From assembly GCA_038109325.1 (NCBI GenBank), contig JAYNIS010000001.1, positions 1 to 43,801 of the forward strand: 43,801 nt of DNA. The letters run 5' to 3'. A program made the translations under genes and the position numbers. Under the pieces are notes generated by a model. It was not told where the DNA came from. It did not search any database and saw only the letters and a program-made list of their open reading frames with translations. Of the stretch, positions 32,205-42,441 are shown in pieces (the stretch's first letter is position 1; every line of letters starts with the position of its first letter). The DNA comes from Gammaproteobacteria bacterium. Lineage in GTDB: Bacteria; Pseudomonadota; Gammaproteobacteria; Pseudomonadales; Litorivicinaceae.

Positions 32205-32917
32205 CAATGAAGCAAATTGCGAATCGCACGTTGATGCATTGGAAAGTATTGATGCTCTTAATCGGTCTTGGTGTCACGGGGTCGATCGCAGCGAGCGGCT
32301 TAAGTCACCTCTTGCAAGATGTGCAAATTCGCCAAGTTCAACTCCAAGGTGATTTGCGTTACTTGGATGCGGATAGTCTGACCCGTGACCTGAGCATTCG
32401 ATTCAATGGAAATTATCTGGACACAACGCTGGGCCAGGTAATTTCTGAGGTCGTGTCACATCCATGGATAGCCAGCGCGTCCGCGCGTCGTGTGTGGCCG
32501 GATACGCTATTAATTGAGATTACCGAACAGCGCCCTCTGGCGATCTATAACGACAGACAGTATTTGGGCTTATCTGGTGATTTGTTTGAGCCACCAAAGC
32601 CTGTCGACGAACCCTTGCCAAGACTCTACGGGGCGTTATCTGAAACGATGCAGGTCTACAGTCATTACGGTGTGTTTTCTGATCGTCTATCTGATTTCTC
32701 AACGGTTGTCTCTGTTTCTCGCGGCCATGACATGGGCTGGAAAATTTCACTAGAAAATGGAATCAACGTGCAGCTTGGACGTGATGATATTTTGGGTCGT
32801 CTGTCACGTGCACGCGATGTTTTGGACCGTCTAGATGACGAGAAGCTTGCGAAGCTCCAGGAGATCGATGCCCGTTATGATAATGGCGTTGCATTGGCTT
32901 GGAGGGCTGTCGAGTGA
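32201..32917 (+). CDS. ftsQ: Cell division protein FtsQ
   Basis: TM helix, POTRA domain (PWIASASARRVWPD), C-terminal IDARYDNGVALAW. Confidence 0.93.
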   Translation: MTMKQIANRTLMHWKVLMLLIGLGVTGSIAASGLSHLLQDVQIRQVQLQGDLRYLDADSLTRDLSIRFNGNYLDTTLGQVISEVVSHPWIASASARRVWPDTLLIEITEQRPLAIYNDRQYLGLSGDLFEPPKPVDEPLPRLYGALSETMQVYSHYGVFSDRLSDFSTVVSVSRGHDMGWKISLENGINVQLGRDDILGRLSRARDVLDRLDDEKLAKLQEIDARYDNGVALAWRAVE

Positions 32918-34122
32918 ATCATATGTTGGTCATCGACGTCGGCTCGAGTCAGATCACAGCAGCAGTTGCTGAGATTACTGACCTACGTCGAATCGTTGTC
33001 CGCGGCTTGGGTCGTGCGCGTTCTGGTGGCCTGAAGCAGGGTGTTGTGATTCAGATTGATTCGGTCGTTGAGGCGCTTGTACGTGCAGTCGCTGAAGCGA
33101 ATCAGATGGCCGGTACAAAACTTTCCGATCCTTTGGTCTCGGTCGGTGGATCTCACCTCCTTGGTCAAGATATCTCAGGCACGGTGATGTTGAATCATCG
33201 AGAGGTCACAGATGTCTTGCTGACACAGGCGATGGAGCAGGTTCAGGCTCAAGCTCAGATCCTTGAACGCGAGATTTTGAGTGTGATTCCCCGATCATTC
33301 ACATTGGATAGCCAAACCGGAATTCGTTCGCCGCAGGGTATGACGGGAAATCGCTTGGATGCCCATGTACATGTCATCACTGGTGCAACGCACGTTGTGA
33401 ATAACCTGAAGAAATGTTTACGACTCGCAGGTCTTGAGGTAGTGGTTCTTGTTCCTTCAGCGCTCGCGGTCAGCCAGTTGGTCTTGCCCGATGAGCGCGA
33501 GCTTGGTGTCTGTGTTGCTGATATTGGCGTCGGTACGACCGATGTCATGATGATTACTGAAGGGGTGCCAGCTTGGATGCAAGTGATGCCGATGGGTGGC
33601 GAGCTATTAACTCACGATTTGGCTGTTGCACTGAAAACTCCTCTCGGTGATGCCGAGCATTTGAAAGTGCAGCATGGCTACGCGCACACAAGCTTTGCGC
33701 CACCAAAAGATACCGTACAGGTCAAAAAGCTCGCAGACCGACCCGCTGAAAATATTAGCTTGCAGCAATTGACTGCATTCATTCAGCCGCGTGTCGAAGA
33801 GATCGCAGAAATATTAGGTGAACGTCTCCGTCAATCGGGTCGGTTTGAAGAGGCGTCAACGGGAATTGTCTTGTGTGGTGGAACGGCTGCACTGCCAGGT
33901 ATCGCGCAAGTTTTTGAGAGTATGTTGCAGTGTCCATGCCGGGTACTGAAACAAGCCCATCAAGAAGGACTCGATGGGCTATTACAAGATCCAGCCAATG
34001 CGGTGCTGGCCGGGCTTTTGGCGTATGGACGCGACCAAGAAGTCAGGCCGAAACCACGTTGGCTTGGTGCGCAGGGAAGCATGTTCAATCGGGTTCGACA
34101 GTGGATCCAAGGAAATTTTTAA
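32914..34122 (+). CDS. ftsA: Cell division protein FtsA
   Basis: GTG 32914 after GGAGG, overlapping the ftsQ stop; actin-like IDVGSS, DIGVGTTD and LCGG motifs; C-terminal amphipathic FNRVRQWIQGNF. Confidence 0.95.
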   Translation: MNHMLVIDVGSSQITAAVAEITDLRRIVVRGLGRARSGGLKQGVVIQIDSVVEALVRAVAEANQMAGTKLSDPLVSVGGSHLLGQDISGTVMLNHREVTDVLLTQAMEQVQAQAQILEREILSVIPRSFTLDSQTGIRSPQGMTGNRLDAHVHVITGATHVVNNLKKCLRLAGLEVVVLVPSALAVSQLVLPDERELGVCVADIGVGTTDVMMITEGVPAWMQVMPMGGELLTHDLAVALKTPLGDAEHLKVQHGYAHTSFAPPKDTVQVKKLADRPAENISLQQLTAFIQPRVEEIAEILGERLRQSGRFEEASTGIVLCGGTAALPGIAQVFESMLQCPCRVLKQAHQEGLDGLLQDPANAVLAGLLAYGRDQEVRPKPRWLGAQGSMFNRVRQWIQGNF

Positions 34123-34138
34123 CTGAGAGGGTAATCAA

Positions 34139-35308
34139 ATGTTCGAGATCGTAGATCAAATCGAATCAAACGCGGTCATTAAAGTGATCGGCGTTGGCGG
34201 TGGTGGCGGCAATGCCGTTAACTATATGTTGAAACACGCAGTTGACGGTGTTGAATTTATCGTTGCCAATACCGACGCGCAAGCAATGAAGGCCGTTCCA
34301 GCTGACCGAACTATTCAGCTCGGTGGCGATATCACGAAAGGCTTGGGTGCTGGCGCGAATCCTGACGTCGGACGTAACGCTGCATTAGAAGATCGTGATG
34401 CTATTGCTGAAGTATTGGCCGACACCGACATGGTCTTTATTACAGCAGGAATGGGTGGTGGTACTGGTACAGGTGCTGCACCAGTGGTTGCCGAGATCGC
34501 GCGTGAAATGGGAATCCTGACGGTTGCAATTGTGACGCGTCCGTTCGGATTTGAAGGTCGTCGTCGCACGCACGTTGCGGATCAAGGGATCGCAGCGCTT
34601 GAGAAACACGTCGATTCGTTGATTGTCGTGCCAAACGAAAAGCTGTTGCCTGTGCTTGGTAAGAATGCCTCGCTGATGGCTGCATTTGCTGAAGCAAATA
34701 ACGTTTTACACGGTGCTGTTCGCGGTATCGCTGATCTGATTATTCGTCCAGGAATGATTAACGTCGACTTTGCTGACGTTCGTACTGTGATGAGTGAAAT
34801 GGGCAAAGCGATGATGGGGACAGGAACAGCAGCTGGTGAAGACCGTGCTGTGAAGGCCGCTGAAATCGCAATCCGTTCACCACTCCTTGAAGATGTCGAT
34901 CTCTCCGGTGCACGCGGTATTCTGGTCAACATCACATCAGGTCCAGATTTTACCTTGGGTGAATTCGACCAAGTCGGTCATGTGGTTGAACAGATTAGTG
35001 ATGACAACGCGAACGTGGTTGTGGGAACAGTGATCGATCCAGAAATGAGCGACCAGATTTGCGTCACCGTTGTTGCAACCGGTCTTGGTGGTGCGCAGGC
35101 CCCTAAGACTGTCGTTGATAACGGCCACCTCGAACGCGCACCACGTGAAGCCTATAGCCCAACAAATACCGATGCTCCTCAAGTTTTGAGAACGCAGGCA
35201 GTGGGTAATGCAGCGCTTGCTCAGGAAGTGGTTCAAGAGCAAAACAATGGACAAGAAATGGAGCGGATTTTGAACATCCCTGCGTTTCTTCGTCGCCAGG
35301 CGGACTAA
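34139..35308 (+). CDS. ftsZ: Cell division GTPase FtsZ
   Basis: GVGGGGGNA, AGMGGGTGTG, INVDFADV and C-terminal IPAFLRRQAD motifs. Confidence 0.99.
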   Translation: MFEIVDQIESNAVIKVIGVGGGGGNAVNYMLKHAVDGVEFIVANTDAQAMKAVPADRTIQLGGDITKGLGAGANPDVGRNAALEDRDAIAEVLADTDMVFITAGMGGGTGTGAAPVVAEIAREMGILTVAIVTRPFGFEGRRRTHVADQGIAALEKHVDSLIVVPNEKLLPVLGKNASLMAAFAEANNVLHGAVRGIADLIIRPGMINVDFADVRTVMSEMGKAMMGTGTAAGEDRAVKAAEIAIRSPLLEDVDLSGARGILVNITSGPDFTLGEFDQVGHVVEQISDDNANVVVGTVIDPEMSDQICVTVVATGLGGAQAPKTVVDNGHLERAPREAYSPTNTDAPQVLRTQAVGNAALAQEVVQEQNNGQEMERILNIPAFLRRQAD

Positions 35309-35357
35309 TGGAGAAAACCCCACGCTTCCGCTCCGATTTGCGAGATGCATCGGAGAA

Positions 35358-35380
35358 AAGCCTGTTAAACTAACAGGCTT
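35358..35380. promoter_or_regulatory. Perfect inverted repeat upstream of lpxC (operator, terminator or RNA hairpin)
   Basis: AAGCCTGTTA-AAC-TAACAGGCTT; contains TGtTAAACT, resembling an extended -10. Confidence 0.5.
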
Positions 35381-35397
35381 ATTGTAGGAGAATTGAA

Positions 35398-36315
35398 TTG
35401 ATTGCACAGCGAACGCTGAAAAATGTCGTGCGAGCTACAGGAGTGGGTCTGCACTCGGGGGATACGGTTTACCTCACATTGAGACCAGCACCTGAAAACC
35501 ATGGCATTCAATTCAAACGTGTGGACTTGGATCCGCCTGTACTGATACGGGCGAATGCAGACAGTGTCTCTCAGACAACCCTCTCAACCTGTTTGTCTTC
35601 GCCCGACGGTGCGCAAGTCTCGACCGTCGAGCATTTGTTATCCGCGTTATCGGGTATGGGTATCGATAACGTTCTCGTTGAGTGCAATGCCCCAGAGCTT
35701 CCCATCATGGATGGCAGTGCCTCACCCTTTGTATTCTTGATTCAGTCGGCCGGCGTCAGAGAACAAACGGCGCCTCGCGAGTACATCCGAATAACACACA
35801 TCGTTGAAGTAGCGCACGAGGGCAAGATTGCCCGTCTAGAGCCCTTTAATGGGTTCCGTATTACGTTTTCGATCGACTTTGATCATCCGGTAGTCGATCA
35901 AGGTGAATGTAAAACTGTTGTCGATATTGATGAGGCATCATTTGTTCGCGAAGTCAGCCGAGCACGTACTTTTGGTTTTATGCGTGATTTGGATTATCTC
36001 AAAGCTAACAATCTGGCACGTGGCGGCTCGATGGCCAACGCGATTGTCGTTGGCGAAGATCGGATTTTGAATGATGACGGGTTACGACAGAATGATGAGT
36101 TCGTGAAGCATAAAGTGCTTGATGCACTCGGAGATCTGTATTTAGCGGGCAGTCCAATTATTGGCCACTATTCAGGTAATCGGAGTGGTCACGCGCTAAA
36201 TAATAGATTACTCCGACAATTGTTCTCTGACCCGAGTAACTATGAGGTTGTTACCTTTGATCGGGCGGAAGATTGCCCGATACCCGTGCAGCCAATTGCT
36301 GAAACTGACGTTTAA
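35398..36315 (+). CDS. lpxC: UDP-3-O-acyl-GlcNAc deacetylase
   Basis: TTG start after AGGAG; [29 protein letters not shown] and SGHALN motifs. Confidence 0.98.
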   Translation: MIAQRTLKNVVRATGVGLHSGDTVYLTLRPAPENHGIQFKRVDLDPPVLIRANADSVSQTTLSTCLSSPDGAQVSTVEHLLSALSGMGIDNVLVECNAPELPIMDGSASPFVFLIQSAGVREQTAPREYIRITHIVEVAHEGKIARLEPFNGFRITFSIDFDHPVVDQGECKTVVDIDEASFVREVSRARTFGFMRDLDYLKANNLARGGSMANAIVVGEDRILNDDGLRQNDEFVKHKVLDALGDLYLAGSPIIGHYSGNRSGHALNNRLLRQLFSDPSNYEVVTFDRAEDCPIPVQPIAETDV

Positions 36316-36724
36316 GTTCGTCATCCTCGAGCGTTTCTGAAAATTCTTGAATGGATGCACCCGCTTTTGGGCTCGGTGTGATCGTTTTACTTTTCACCCT
36401 CTTCTTTTTGGTATGTTGAGGTCTCACTCGACATTGAATCCTGCGAATTCCACGAAACAGTGGATCATTCTGTAACGCGTCGATGAGGCTATACTCCTCA
36501 AAGCGTAATTTGGCCGCTAATGCTGCTTGTGGAACATATAAAGTGAGAAGTCCGGAATTGAGATCTCCAGTTGCGACCTCATGTTTAAGGTCATTAGGCA
36601 GGAGAGATTCGATGATTTGGGCGCGTTTCGCCTGAATCGATGCCTCAAGCTGAAGTGTCTCGAGGTGACTTCCTGATCGATTGATCAAAGTTCTCAGGCT
36701 TTTTAGCTGTCCGGGGTCACGCAA
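36251..36724 (-). CDS. dciA: DUF721/DciA helicase-loading protein
   Basis: Conserved position between lpxC and secA on the opposite strand; [14 protein letters not shown] pattern, Lys-rich linker and LEDDELK..LA tail; start codon uncertain. Confidence 0.8.
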   Translation of the reverse strand: MRDPGQLKSLRTLINRSGSHLETLQLEASIQAKRAQIIESLLPNDLKHEVATGDLNSGLLTLYVPQAALAAKLRFEEYSLIDALQNDPLFRGIRRIQCRVRPQHTKKKRVKSKTITPSPKAGASIQEFSETLEDDELKRQFQQLAARVSGNLPPDQR

Positions 36725-36770
36725 TTCGCTACAATGCCGCTTTTATTATCACATACACCATAGGATACGC

Positions 36771-39497
36771 ATGTTAGGGACATTTGTCCGGAAGATCTTC
36801 GGCTCCAAAAACGACCGGGAAGTCAAACGGATGCTGAAGGCGGTCGCCGCGATCAATCAGCAAGAATCCACTCTCGAATCGCTCAACGATGAGGCACTCG
36901 CGGCCAAGCGCGATGAATTCCGTGAGCGAATCAACGCCGGTGGGACGCTGAATCAAATCCTTCCAGATGCCTTCGCTGTCTGTCGAGAAGTCAGTAAGAG
37001 ACAACTTGGATTAAGGCACTTTGATGTGCAGATGGTCGGTGGTATGACCCTCCATGAGGGCCGTATTTCTGAGATGCGGACGGGTGAAGGTAAAACCCTC
37101 GTTGCGACATTACCTGCATATTTGAATGCCATCGAAGGGAAAGGTGTTCACGTGGTGACTGTGAACGAATACCTTGCCAATCGAGATGCTAATTGGATGC
37201 GCCCGCTCTATGAAGGGCTCGGGTTGACTGTTGGTGTGATTGCTTCAGGTCAAAGCCCTGAAGAGAAGCGTGCTGCTTATGCTGCTGATATTACCTACGG
37301 CACCAACAATGAATTCGGATTTGATTATCTCAGAGACAACATGGCGTTTTCGCCTGAAGGTCGTGTGCAGCGTGAATTATCGTTCGCCATTGTGGATGAG
37401 GTGGATTCGATTCTGATCGATGAAGCCAGAACACCACTGATTATCTCAGGCCCAGCCGATGATCATTCAGAACGATACAAAGCGATCAATGCAATTATTC
37501 CAAAACTCACCAAAGCGAAAATGTCCGAAGATGGCGAATCGTTTGAGGTTGAAGGGCACTATTTACTTGATGAGAAAAACCGCTCCGTTGAATTAACGGA
37601 ACTCGGTCATGAATTGATCGAAGCGGAACTCTCTGACATGGGCCTCTTAGAAGCTGGTGACAGCCTATACAACCCAGCGAACCTTGCACTGTTCCATCAT
37701 GTGAATGCAGGCTTGCGTTCGCACACGCTTTTCCAGAGAAACGTCCACTACATCATCCAAGATGGTCAGGTTGTGATCGTTGACGAACATACTGGCCGGA
37801 CAATGCCAGGCCGTCGTTGGTCAGAGGGTCTGCATCAGGCAGTTGAGGCGAAAGAAGGCGTGGATATCCAGCCTGAGAGCCAGACACTTGCCTCAACCAC
37901 ATTCCAGAATTACTTCCGTTTGTATGATCGTTTGTCAGGTATGACCGGTACAGCAGACACCGAGGCGTACGAATTCAGACAAATCTACGGCTTGGATGTT
38001 GTCGTCATTCCAACTAACGTGCCTGTGAAGCGAATCGACTATAACGATTTGGTTTACATGACGATGGAAGAGAAGTTTGAAGCGATTGTTGCTGACGTTA
38101 TTGCTGAGCGGGATAAAGGTCGTCCGGTGCTTGTGGGTACCGCATCGGTCGAGGCCTCTGAACTTTTGTCGCAATTTTTAGATAAAGAAGGCATTCAACA
38201 TAACGTTTTGAACGCCAAGCAGCATGAGCGTGAAGCACACATCATTGCTGAAGCCGGTCGCCCCGGTGCCGTCACGATTGCCACAAACATGGCTGGTCGA
38301 GGCACTGACATCGTGCTTGGTGGTAACTGGCAGGCGGAAGTTGCTGAATTGAAATCACCGACAGATGCGCAAATCCAAGCAATCAAGGCTGACTGGCAGA
38401 CGCGTCACGAAGCAGTACTTCAGGCAGGAGGTCTACATATTGTCGGATCTGAACGTCACGAATCACGTCGGATTGATAACCAGCTCCGTGGGCGTTCTGG
38501 TCGTCAGGGTGACCCGGGATCGTCACGTTTCTTCTTGTCTCTTGAAGATGATTTGATGCGTATTTTCGCATCACCAAAGATGCGTTCGATTATGCAGAGT
38601 CTTGGTATGCAACGCGGTGAGGCGATCGAACACAAAATGGTCACCAACGCGATCGAAAAAGCGCAGAAAAAGGTCGAGGGTCGTAACTTCGACATGCGTA
38701 AGCAGCTATTAGATTATGACGATGTTGCGAATGATCAGCGGACTCAAGTGTACGCGCAGCGTAATGAGTTGATGGATGCTGATGATCTGTCAGATCTTGT
38801 TGTGGCGATTCGTCGAGATGTTTTCACATCAGTTGTTGCGACCTACATTCCGCCACAAAGTTTGATTGAGCAGTGGGATATTCCGGGTCTGACCGAGGAA
38901 TTTGCGACACAGTTTGGTCTCGAGATGCCAATTCAAGAATGGCTAGATGAAGATGAGTCTTTGTATGAGGAAACGCTTCTCGAGAAAATTATTGATGAGG
39001 CAGTAAGCCGTCATAATGAAAAGATCGGTGTTGTTGGTGACGACACAATGCGCCAGTTTGAGAAGCAGGTTCTGCTGCAAATACTTGACCATCAGTGGAA
39101 AGATCACTTGGCTGCGATGGATTATTTACGCCAAGGGATTCATCTCCGTGGCTATGCGCAAAAAAATCCAAAGCAGGAATACAAGCGCGAAGCGTTTGAA
39201 CTTTTCACGTCAATGCTCGATCAAATCAAGCGCGAATCGGTTCGTGTGCTGACCGCTGTTCAGGTACCGACAAAAGAAGAAATCGAAGCTCAAGAAGTAG
39301 CACGTCGCCAGCAGGCAGTTTCGCAATTAGTGCAAACTCGGGCGACACATGACGCCGCGGCATCCGCAGATGAAGAATCCGCTGATGCGGTACCGGATCG
39401 GCCGATGCCGGCAGTGAGCCACAAGGTTGGGCGAAATGAGCCCTGCCCATGTGGAAGTGGAAAGAAATACAAGCAATGTCATGGTCGCATTGGTTGA
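36771..39497 (+). CDS. secA: Preprotein translocase ATPase SecA
   Basis: ATG 36771 after AGGA; [47 protein letters not shown] and [18 protein letters not shown] motifs. Confidence 0.99.
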   Translation: MLGTFVRKIFGSKNDREVKRMLKAVAAINQQESTLESLNDEALAAKRDEFRERINAGGTLNQILPDAFAVCREVSKRQLGLRHFDVQMVGGMTLHEGRISEMRTGEGKTLVATLPAYLNAIEGKGVHVVTVNEYLANRDANWMRPLYEGLGLTVGVIASGQSPEEKRAAYAADITYGTNNEFGFDYLRDNMAFSPEGRVQRELSFAIVDEVDSILIDEARTPLIISGPADDHSERYKAINAIIPKLTKAKMSEDGESFEVEGHYLLDEKNRSVELTELGHELIEAELSDMGLLEAGDSLYNPANLALFHHVNAGLRSHTLFQRNVHYIIQDGQVVIVDEHTGRTMPGRRWSEGLHQAVEAKEGVDIQPESQTLASTTFQNYFRLYDRLSGMTGTADTEAYEFRQIYGLDVVVIPTNVPVKRIDYNDLVYMTMEEKFEAIVADVIAERDKGRPVLVGTASVEASELLSQFLDKEGIQHNVLNAKQHEREAHIIAEAGRPGAVTIATNMAGRGTDIVLGGNWQAEVAELKSPTDAQIQAIKADWQTRHEAVLQAGGLHIVGSERHESRRIDNQLRGRSGRQGDPGSSRFFLSLEDDLMRIFASPKMRSIMQSLGMQRGEAIEHKMVTNAIEKAQKKVEGRNFDMRKQLLDYDDVANDQRTQVYAQRNELMDADDLSDLVVAIRRDVFTSVVATYIPPQSLIEQWDIPGLTEEFATQFGLEMPIQEWLDEDESLYEETLLEKIIDEAVSRHNEKIGVVGDDTMRQFEKQVLLQILDHQWKDHLAAMDYLRQGIHLRGYAQKNPKQEYKREAFELFTSMLDQIKRESVRVLTAVQVPTKEEIEAQEVARRQQAVSQLVQTRATHDAAASADEESADAVPDRPMPAVSHKVGRNEPCPCGSGKKYKQCHGRIG

Positions 39498-39536
39498 TGC
39501 GCCATCACATGCTTCTTGGCGAAGCGTGAGAGTCAG

Positions 39537-40757
39537 ATGAAATCATCAGTAGGTGGGGCATCGGTCAACGGCGTTCGATTGGGCGCAGTACGGGCACCCG
39601 TGTATCAAAACAAAGATCGCGATGATCTTCTGTTGATGGCTTTTGATGAAGGGTCTGTCGGGGCCTGTGTCACCACCACTAACCAGTTTTGCGCAGCTCC
39701 TGTGCATGTACTAAGAGCACATTTAGCATCGACTCCTTCGGTTCGTTACTGGCTACTTAACGCGGGTAATGCAAACGCCGGAACGGGTGCGCCAGGCATG
39801 GAAGCATGCCGGCAAACTGTCTCATCACTCGCGTCATTGACCGATGTGTCCGATGACGCCATTTGGCCATTTTCGACAGGCGTGATTGGCGAGCCGTTGC
39901 CTGTCCAATCCATCTGTGATGCGCTTCCTGAAGCCTTGAATGCCTGTGATTCATCAGTGGATGCGTGGGAACGTGCCTCGCATGCCATTATGACGACAGA
40001 TACCCACCCGAAATTACGACATATCCAATGCGAGATTGGTGGACAGACTGTGACGTTAACGGGGATGGCTAAAGGCTCAGGTATGATCCATCCGAACATG
40101 GCGACCATGTTTGGTCTGATCGCATCGGATGTTGTGATGACCAGCGAGTGTTTACAGACACTGCTTAAGTATGCCGTAAACCACAGTTTCAATTGCGTCA
40201 CCGTCGATGGAGATACCTCGACCAACGATGCTTGTGCGATCGTCGCAACACAGACAGCAGGTCACGAGATCATTACCGATCCAGCAGGGCCTGATGCACA
40301 GGTTTTTGCTGGCGCTTTATCTGCTTTAGCGGATGACCTTGCAGAAATGCTCGCACGCGACGGTGAGGGTGCAACGAAGTTTGTCCGCGTCATCTGTGAA
40401 GATGCAACCAGTGACGAGGATGCGCACGCCATTGCTAACACAGTGGCCCTATCGCCTTTAGTGAAAACAGCGTTAGCCGCATCAGATCCCAACTGGGGTC
40501 GGGTTGTTGCAGCCGTTGGTCGCGCGCCAGTTTCAGAGATTGCGATCGATCGTGTGAATGTCTGGATTAATGATGTGCAGATCGTCGAAAACGGTGGTCG
40601 TCATCCAGAGTACACAGAAGAAGCAGGCCAGGTGGCAATGAGTCCGGTTGATGTTGATATCCGGATTTCGATGGGTGTGGGTTCAGGGTATTGCCGGGTC
40701 ATGACTTGTGATCTCACCAAAGAATATGTTCGGATCAATGCCGAATACCGGACCTGA
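39537..40757 (+). CDS. argJ: Ornithine acetyltransferase / N-acetylglutamate synthase ArgJ
   Basis: NAGNANAGTG, GMAKGSGMIHPNMATM, VDGDTSTND (autocleavage Thr), DGEGATK and DPNWGR motifs; start ATG 39537 or TTG 39516. Confidence 0.97.
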   Translation: MKSSVGGASVNGVRLGAVRAPVYQNKDRDDLLLMAFDEGSVGACVTTTNQFCAAPVHVLRAHLASTPSVRYWLLNAGNANAGTGAPGMEACRQTVSSLASLTDVSDDAIWPFSTGVIGEPLPVQSICDALPEALNACDSSVDAWERASHAIMTTDTHPKLRHIQCEIGGQTVTLTGMAKGSGMIHPNMATMFGLIASDVVMTSECLQTLLKYAVNHSFNCVTVDGDTSTNDACAIVATQTAGHEIITDPAGPDAQVFAGALSALADDLAEMLARDGEGATKFVRVICEDATSDEDAHAIANTVALSPLVKTALAASDPNWGRVVAAVGRAPVSEIAIDRVNVWINDVQIVENGGRHPEYTEEAGQVAMSPVDVDIRISMGVGSGYCRVMTCDLTKEYVRINAEYRT

Positions 40758-41658
40758 AATCCAGGTGGCCTGCGCGCTGATCTGGCGTGATCGGCAAATC
40801 CTTCTGTCAAAGCGCCATCAAGGTGCGCATCAAGGTGGGTTATGGGAGTTTCCAGGTGGAAAGTTTGAAAGCGGTGAAGACCCAAAATCCTGCCTGAATC
40901 GAGAGCTTGAGGAAGAACTCGGTATCACTCCCCGCGAATTCTATTTCATGTTTCAAATCCCTTGGGATTATGGCGATAAGTCGATCCGTTTATGGGTGTA
41001 TGAAGTTTTTGAGTTTGATGGCGAACCACGGGGTCTTGAGGGCCAAGATGTGAACTGGTTCTCTTCAGATGCGTTAAGGGCGCTTGAATTCCCGAAGGCA
41101 AATGATGCGATTGTTCGTGCGATTGGATTACCGAGGATTATTCGCGTCTACGATCCGACGCTAACGCTTGAACCCGCGATTTGGGTAACACAGGCTGAGC
41201 ATCAGTGTCTCCTGTATTTTCGGGGACTGACGCCGGGCGTAGAACTCGAAACGGCAATTGATGCAGCACTCACGCGTGGACATCAGGTGATGCTGACGTT
41301 AGATCAACTACCCTGTTTCCGCGCTGGTTGTGGCGTGCATTTACGGAAGACTGATCGCGTATCTGATGCGCTTACTCGTCTTGAGAAACTCAATGACCCT
41401 TGGCCCATCACGGCAGGGATCCGTGATGAACAGGATCTCGAAAGGCAACGCGCATGGCCGTTTGACGCGCTTCTGATTTCTCCAGTACGTGAGACACCGA
41501 GTCACCATGGCATGCAGGCGCTTGGTTGGGATCGATTTTCAGAACTAGCAAGCAAAGTCGGTGTCCCAGCCTATGCCTTGGGTGGCATGAACCACGATGA
41601 TCTATCAATGGTCACTGAGCACGGTGGTTTTGGTGTGGCAGGAATCCGCGGTCTCTAG
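40738..41658 (+). CDS. mutT: MutT-like Nudix hydrolase fused to a thiamine-phosphate-synthase (TenI/ThiE)-like domain
   Basis: Intact Nudix box [24 protein letters not shown] and FPKAN; C-terminal SPV..TPSH, YALGG and GVAGIRGL. Confidence 0.85.
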   Translation: MPNTGPEIQVACALIWRDRQILLSKRHQGAHQGGLWEFPGGKFESGEDPKSCLNRELEEELGITPREFYFMFQIPWDYGDKSIRLWVYEVFEFDGEPRGLEGQDVNWFSSDALRALEFPKANDAIVRAIGLPRIIRVYDPTLTLEPAIWVTQAEHQCLLYFRGLTPGVELETAIDAALTRGHQVMLTLDQLPCFRAGCGVHLRKTDRVSDALTRLEKLNDPWPITAGIRDEQDLERQRAWPFDALLISPVRETPSHHGMQALGWDRFSELASKVGVPAYALGGMNHDDLSMVTEHGGFGVAGIRGL

Positions 41659-41855
41659 TGAGTATCGATTTCTGGGTCGTTGAATTCAGGAGGGACAGGT
41701 TGCCCTGGAATTCGATGTCCTTCATCTGCCCATTCACCCAAATCAATCAAACGACAGCGTTCTGAGCAAAACGGACGAGACGGATTATCTGCGTGATAAC
41801 GCGTTTCTTTTTTGCAGGTCGGGCAAGACACAATATGGCCTTTGTCATGAGTCAT
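41655..41855 (-). CDS. yacG: DNA gyrase inhibitor YacG
   Basis: CPTC...[17 protein letters not shown] zinc finger. Confidence 0.95.
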   Translation of the reverse strand: MTHDKGHIVSCPTCKKETRYHADNPSRPFCSERCRLIDLGEWADEGHRIPGQPVPPEFNDPEIDTH

Positions 41856-42441
41856 GACTGAGTTTCTCGTGTAGGGTCTGAATTTGTTGAGTGAGCGATT
41901 CTAAATCACCCGAGTTATCGATCACAAAGGTCGCGTTACCGAGGCGCGCGTCTCTTGGAAGCTGCACATCAATAATGTGCTGAATCGTCTCTTTTGATAG
42001 TGTATCTCTTGCTGCACCCCTGAGTAGTTGGTCACTTTCTGGCACATCGACAACGATGATACCGTCGAGACTTTCATGTTGCTTGGTTTCGATTAAAAGC
42101 GGCGAGCACAGAATTCGGTAGGGCGATTGTGATTCTTGATTGAGCCATTGATTGACAGCAATACGAACAAGCGGATGGATGATCGATTCAACCGTCTGTT
42201 TCAGTGCCGGTGATTCATAGATTCTTGACCGTAAGAGCACCCGATCTAAGTGTCCGCCTGGAAAATATTGTGATCCAATCGCAGCCTCTAATTCTTGAGC
42301 TCCTGGAGTCCCTGGAGCGATCACATCACGTGCGAGCTGGTCAGTGTCGAGGATATCGATATCGAGTGCGGCTAATTGCTCGAGTACTGTGCTCTTTCCG
42401 CTGGCAATACCGCCTGTGAGTCCGTAGACAGGTGTTCTCAA
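41845..42441 (-). CDS. coaE: Dephospho-CoA kinase
   Basis: TTG 42441 after AAGGAG; [13 protein letters not shown]-loop, LDR..LR, IIHP, PLLIE and VIDNSG motifs. Confidence 0.96.
   Translation of the reverse strand: MRTPVYGLTGGIASGKSTVLEQLAALDIDILDTDQLARDVIAPGTPGAQELEAAIGSQYFPGGHLDRVLLRSRIYESPALKQTVESIIHPLVRIAVNQWLNQESQSPYRILCSPLLIETKQHESLDGIIVVDVPESDQLLRGAARDTLSKETIQHIIDVQLPRDARLGNATFVIDNSGDLESLTQQIQTLHEKLSHDS

Noticed and set aside
35362-35376. LexA-like box CTGT..ACAG upstream of lpxC
   Set aside because: Spacing is N7, not the N8 required for the gammaproteobacterial SOS box
36681-36770. N-terminal extensions in the ORF track (secA, also zapG, hydrolase, mraY, petC, coaE)
   Set aside because: Downstream starts with good SD sequences give family-typical N-termini; the extensions are longest-ORF artefacts
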